A DNA stretch of 64,000 bases from Eledone cirrhosa (taxonomy: Eukaryota), in the NCBI GenBank assembly GCA_964016885.1, contig OZ024742.1, forward strand, positions 303,242,001 to 303,306,000, read 5' to 3'. This document shows positions 58,006 through 64,000 of the stretch, one piece after another; the first letter of the stretch is position 1, and each line of letters starts with the position of its first letter. The position numbers were made by a program, and so were the translations under genes. The notes beneath the pieces are model-generated. The model had not been told where the DNA came from, did not search any database, and was given only the letters and a program-made list of their open reading frames with translations.

Positions 58006-58468
58006 AAGGCCATACATTTCAGACAACACTAAGAGAATTTTACAATTGACTGTCCAGCTACACGTGGGAGAGAGAGGTCACAGCGTGTTTAAGGGCAGTG
58101 AACCAGTGGCCTCTGAGAGACGAACTGCTAGAAAGGGCAGCCCCCCAAGCCACTCAGAGAAATGTGCTCAACCAAACAGAGATAGGAAAGACTGTTGTTA
58201 GGAGCGAAATATCACGATAAATTAACGGAGGTATAGGCCGTCGTTATTCCCTGTAAATAATGTGCTCAAAGGGGAAGAGATCCTGAGCCCTTTAAAATAT
58301 AATATGTTGAGAAGGTAACACTCCAGAGAGAGATATATAGTGCGTTATCAATAATACAGGGAAAAAAAACACCAGTGTATGGAATCTATAACCTATGAAA
58401 GGCAGACTATAGACACGATAATTAAAAATATAAATTAAAGCGTAAATAAATACCTTTATAACTATATA

Positions 58469-58549
58469 ACACACGTACAAATCCAAAGATATGTTTCACC
58501 AAAAAATTTGTTGAAAGAAATGGTCTAGTCTCGGTTCATCAGCGTGTGT
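58469..58549 (-). ncRNA. Type I hammerhead, canonical core (second monomer)
   Basis: Same as 57925-58005. Confidence 0.85.
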
Positions 58550-59185
58550 AAGGCCATACATTTCAGACAACACTAAGAGAATTTTACAATTGACTGTCCA
58601 GCTACACGCGGGAGAGTGAAGTCACAGCGTGTTTAAGGGCAGTGAACCAGTGGCCTCTGAGAGACGAACTGCTAGAAAGGGCAGCCCCCAAGCCACTCAG
58701 AGAAATGTGCTCAACCAAACAGGGATAGGAAAGACTGTTGTTAGGAGCGAAATATCACGATAACTTAACGGAGGCATAGGCCGTCGTTATTCCCTGTAAA
58801 TAATGTGCTCAACGGGGAAGAGATCCTGAGCCCTTTAAAATATAATATGTTGAGAAGGTAACACACCAGAGAGAGATATATAGTGCGTTATCAATAATAC
58901 AGGGAAAAAAACCACCAGTGTATGGAATCTATAACCTATGAAAGGCAGACTATAGACACGATAATTAAAAATATAAATTAAAGCGTAAATAAATACCTTT
59001 ATAACTATATAACACACGTACAAATCCAAATTTTTTCCCTGTATTATTGATAACGCACTATATATCTCTCTCTGGTGTGTTACCTTCTCAACATATTATA
59101 TTTTAAAGGGCTCAGGATCTCTTACCCTTTGAGCACATTATTTACAGGGAATAACGACGGCCTATGCCTCCGTTAATTTATCGTG

Positions 59186-59334
<149 letters not shown>

Positions 59335-59340
59335 CATACT

Positions 59341-59871
59341 TTTGCAACAACGCAGCACGCCATTTTATAATATATTTATATATTTTCCTCCGCTGTCTGT
59401 TTCTTTCTTACTGCTTCTCCATTCTCTGTATCTCTCACTTTCTTTTTACCCCCTCTGCCAGTCACTCTCAGTTAGCCTCTTCCTCACAGTTTCACTGACC
59501 CACTCTCTGCTACTCCCTCTCCATCACTTCCTCCCGTTTGACCTGTGCGAAATCATTTTCTCGCTCACATTTCAACCAGGTTTGATGGTCTTTATCTCTC
59601 GTCTACGATTTCACAGATCTTATGTTCTTCGATTTCAGGGAATTGACTCCTTCTTCCTCACTTATTGTTGCATTACCATCTTTGTTTGTTTACATGTCTC
59701 ACTCGTTCCCTCTATTTACGTGTCGCAACGACTTTGTTTAGCCGTTGTTCGCACCAACCAGAGGTATATGATCTTTAAAACGATGAAATACCAATGAAGG
59801 CTGGAAGATCATTGATGAAGGACTAATTTTATTTATATGTAACCCATTTGCAACCACGCAGCACGCCATTT
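59341..59871 (+). mobile_element. Family F non-coding element, 506-bp monomer with about 25-bp terminal redundancy
   Basis: tttgcaacMacgcagcacgccattt at 59341 and 59847; homologous to 1343-2060; TA flanks. Confidence 0.65.
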
Positions 59872-59874
59872 ATT

Positions 59875-59927
<53 letters not shown>

Positions 59928-60036
59928 CATAGACACACACATATATATATATATATACACACATATACATATACACACATACACATACACACACGCATAC
60001 ATATATATATATATACAAAAATATACACACATATAT

Positions 60037-60126
<90 letters not shown>

Positions 60127-60142
60127 GCACACACACACACAC

Positions 60143-60173
<31 letters not shown>

Positions 60174-60529
60174 AATATATATATACACATATACATATAT
60201 ATGTACATATATTTATATATATAGATATACATACACACCAACATACACAAACATGCCCATATGGAGGTACATGTGAACGCACGTACACACAGCGATATGC
60301 ATACAAACGAACGGCCACTCATACAAATACATACAAACATGTACTCATAAATATAAGCATATCCAGAGGCACATAAAACAGCTCTACAAGCAGAAAATGC
60401 AGATAAGTAAGAGGTACTTACATAACCATTGTGCGATGTTTCAGGTTGAGTAGGGGTAGGGGTGGCTGGGCAGGAGGTAGAGGGGCTATTTTGTCGGCTG
60501 GCGTTTAAAAAAAAAGGGGGAAGTCGTTT

Positions 60530-62160
60530 TTAGCCATCGGGCATTAACACTGGCTTAGGGTATTTGAAAGTTGTAAAGTTTTTGTGCATGCAGTTCGGGC
60601 AGTGTTCAGAGAGTTTGTTCAGTAGTGGGCCCTTGGCGAATAAAATTTCGTAGCTCTCTGAGATACAAAGGTCGCAGCACTTGTGACCTCCGTTGTATGA
60701 GCGCGCTTTCTGGAGTATTTTCCATTTAAGCGTGAAAGGGGCGGAGTTCCTTTTGAGGTCCTAAACATAGGAGGAGAGTGTCGTCTGGTTTGATTTGTCC
60801 GATCTACTGAAGGAGTGGGTATGAGCATACCACAGGGTCTTAAAATTATTGGAAGTCATGCCGATGTAAGTCTTTTTGTTGTTGCAATCATGGGTGCCTG
60901 AGATGACATCGCATTTGTATACTATATCATTTGTCAGGCATTTGTTTTCAAGTGAGCAGGCTTCCTTATTTAGGCAATTACACAAGGCCCCAGTCTGGGG
61001 ATTGGGTTCGGAGGTGGTTGGCTTATTTAATTTTTTAGAATTGTGATTGACTATATTCCTAGCTAGGTTAGGTGTGGTGGAGTAGGAGAGTCTTATTGTA
61101 TTCTTATTAAAGATGGTGTAGTACCTATGTTGTATGGGGAAGTGTGTGTTCAGCAAAGTGAAGATAGTCCTAGCTATAGGTGTAGAGACCTCTCTATTGA
61201 GGGGAGGGTTGTACCAGCTATGCCTATTCCCCCCATGCAGTCTTGCGGTGGATTCTAGGTAGGTTATCTTTTCTTTAAATCCGCTGCGGGCAAGGGCGTC
61301 ATTGTAGTAGGAGGCAGAGGCGTTAAAAATATCTTCATTGGCAAAGAGGCCAGAGATTCTAATAGAGACGCTTTTTACTAAGTTATCAGTGATTTTTTGG
61401 GGTGGTTAGAATTAACATTAATATATCTAAGGGAATCATTAGGTTTGTGGTACGGGTAATAGAAGGAAGTATCTAGGTCGAGAGTGACATCTAATAACAA
61501 GTTGGCCCTAGTCATATTAGATTCTATAGTTATAGTAAATCCTAGATTACGGAAGAACGAGCTTAAGTTTCTCCGAAACCCATCGGTGGTTCTGGGGTTA
61601 ACATTGTGCAGGGCGAAGAGGCCGTCGTCTCGGTATAAACCTTGTTCAGGGGGCAGAGACCGTCGTCTCGGTATAAACCTCCGGTTGGGCCATAAAGAGG
61701 TTCTTCAGGTGATGTAAAATGTACAGGCCCACAAGGTCGCTAATTTCAGCCGAGTCACTCGCTCCCATGCTGACGTCAAATGGGGTCTGAAACTTCTTGT
61801 TGATCCAGTAAGATCCATCGTGGTATAGGAAGGTCTTACGGGCATGGAGGATAACATCTTGCTCAGCATCGGTTATGGTGGTAACATTCCTGGTAAAGGT
61901 AATTACGTCCTTCAGGAGGGACTCCTAGATAGAAGCATAGTAGTTTTCTATGTCGAGTTGCAGGAAGCGAGTGTGGCGTTTGTCGGGTAATTCTTGGAAC
62001 CAAGATATTGCCTCAGATGTTCTGCTCCAGAGTGGGAGTTGTGAGGCAACCCGCATTGGTGGTAGAACTCTATCTAGGATCTTCTTACTGATAGACCAGA
62101 TGTCCGAACGAGTGGGGTTGATAAATCTGACTGGTGGTTTGTTGAGGAAGTTTCCCTTCT
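60530..62160 (-). pseudogene. Hydra-like PLE H4, RT plus GIY-YIG, 5'-truncated and frameshifted
   Basis: RFINPTRSD..QLDIENYYASI..FDVSMGASDSAE..GLYRDDGL (locally duplicated)..IFNKNTIRLSYST..CNCLNKEACSLENKC..YIGMT..CMHK. Confidence 0.85.
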
Positions 62161-62161
62161 A

Positions 62162-62842
62162 GAACAAAAGGGCAACGATGGTTGCTAAACACTGTACGGC
62201 TAAAATTTGGGATGTTTGTTTACAAACAAACCGATCATTATAATAAATGTTCGGTAAATCCATACGTACATATATATATGTGTGCATGTATGTATATATA
62301 TACATACTACTGTACGTCTGTATACATATATGTATGTACGTATACGTACTTATATTTAAGTAACAGCCGTACTAAGAGTGAGAAATGAAATTTCGTTTCA
62401 TTTTTTCCATTTATCGTTTTCGGTGCGCCCGGTCGATTAACTCACTCGATATGCAAATTAGGCTGCTCAGCCGTTAATATGCATAAGGAAAGTATATACT
62501 TTCAGACGTTCAATCATCTGGCAGGAAGGTATACTGTGCTGACGATAGCTAATAAGCTGGAAACTAGTACATCGTTCCTTTGTCAGTGTTGAACAAAAGG
62601 GCACCGATGGTTGCTAAACATTTTACGGCTTTATTCGGGATGATTGTTTACAAACAAACCCAGCATTATAATAAATGTTCGGTAAATCCATACGTACATA
62701 TATATATGTGTGCATGTATGTATATGTATACATACTACTGTACGTCTGTATACATATATGAATGTACGTATACATACTTATATTTAAGTAACAGGCGTAC
62801 TAAGAGTGAGAAATGAAATTTCGTTTCATTTTTTCCATTTAT
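62162..62842 (+). mobile_element. 429-bp retrozyme-like tandem repeat, about 1.6 monomers
   Basis: gaacaaaagggca at 62162 and 62591; hammerhead in the unit; ends in (TA)n. Confidence 0.78.
62523..62579 (+). ncRNA. Type I hammerhead
   Basis: agga..actgtg-CTGACGA-TAGCT-aata-AGCTG-GAAA-CTAG-TA-catcgt-tcct; palindromic helix III, bulged helix I. Confidence 0.75.
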
Positions 62843-62991
62843 ATATATATATATATATATAGTATATTAGGGAGAGGATCAGGGGTGTATAACACTCCAC
62901 TTATCCAACAGGCAGTATAAGGTTAGCTCGATGTCTGAGGACAGAGCCGTGATATAATCAACAACAAAGAACGCCTATAGCATATGCATAT

Positions 62992-63049
62992 CTTTACTTG
63001 CTAACATTGTTTCATCCGCACTATAAGTGGGACTCATCAGAGCATAAAG
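62992..63049 (-). ncRNA. Type I hammerhead in the 3' region of an element continuing beyond the window
   Basis: cttta-tgct-CTGATGA-GTCC-CACT-tat-AGTG-c-GGAT-GAAA-CA-a-TG-TT-agca-ag-taaag. Confidence 0.78.
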
Positions 63050-63434
63050 GTTGATTACATATCACACAAGCAATAACAAATCCAAGACATTGAAGAAATA
63101 AAGAATAAAAAATAATAAAAGATAAAAAATATTGAGGAAGTAAAAATAAAAATAAACATTGAAAAATAAACATTGAAAAATAAACATTGAAAAATAATTG
63201 AAAAATAAGGGGTGCTATCAGTCACAGTTGGGCGTGGTGCTGTCAACATATAGTTACATACAAGCATACACATGGATAAGAGAACAGACAAGAATAGATA
63301 AGATAGATAGGATTAGGTAATAATAGATAAAAAATAGGTGAAAAATAGGTAAAAAATAGACATATAATATATATAAGAAAATATAAAAAACATACATATA
63401 AAATATACAGATAATAGTGATACAGGGTAAGGAA

Positions 63435-63670
63435 TGAAATAAAATAAAATAAAATTAAATTATAATTAAAATTATATAAAATAAAATATAATATAATATA
63501 ATAATAAAATAAGATAAAATAAAATAAAATAAAATAAAATAAAATAAGATAAACTAAAATAAAATAATATAATATAAGATATAATTAAATAAAATTAAAT
63601 AAAATTAAATAAATAAAATTAAATAAAATGAAATGAGATAAAATAAAATAAAATAAAGTAAATTGAGATA
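63435..63670. repeat. Degenerate (TAAAA)n pentanucleotide repeat
   Basis: Direct reading. Confidence 0.9.
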
Positions 63671-64000
63671 AGATATATATTTTTTTAGAATATATTTCTT
63701 GAATATATATTTTTTTAGAGTATATTTCTTGAATATATCAGGGGCCCACGAAGGCCCTAAGTGTCACAGTTATCAGCATCACTTGACCATTGCAATGCAA
63801 TGGAGACGTCCCAGGTTGGGCAGTCTCAAAAGTTCACTCGAAAGTCACGGGTGTGCATTCACACAGTTGAGCGGTGGGGTAATCACAAACCGGTTCACAC
63901 CCGGGCAGGAGTCCAATGGTCAACAGAGGTACATCGAAGGAAGGTAGGAGAATTCACGTGCAGCAGCAAGAGGCAGACAAGTGGGCCCAAAGCAAGCAGG

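Overview
This is AT-rich, microsatellite-saturated eukaryotic DNA, most likely from an octopod cephalopod (inferred from the SINE type and the extreme (TA)n/(CA)n density). No host protein-coding gene is recognisable, and almost all ORF-track entries are simple-repeat artefacts. The window is dominated by Penelope-like retroelements (PLEs; RT plus C-terminal GIY-YIG endonuclease) of two types. One is a YVDD type (families 'A' and 'B', including a very young ~2-kb-arm inverted insertion at 51.8-56.5 kb). The other is a YRDD, CxC-x5-C 'Hydra-like' type (four copies). Nearly all end in (TA)n tracts, and many are head-to-head fold-backs. Reading both strands by eye I find about 28 hammerhead ribozyme (HHR) cores from about 15 sequence families. 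Five families sit in non-coding tandem or circularly permuted repeats of 315, 429, 543, 556 and 591 bp with one HHR per monomer, which look like retrozyme or circular-RNA-derived elements mobilised by PLEs. Two of them carry a compensatory U3-A8 catalytic core, and one is fused directly to a truncated PLE. A sixth, 506-bp family contains all three hammerhead strands in a non-standard order. Also present are decayed Gypsy, Tx1/L1, R4/Dong and CRE fragments, non-autonomous RTE-like elements and many tRNA-derived SINEs. All RNA structures were folded by hand and none has been tested.
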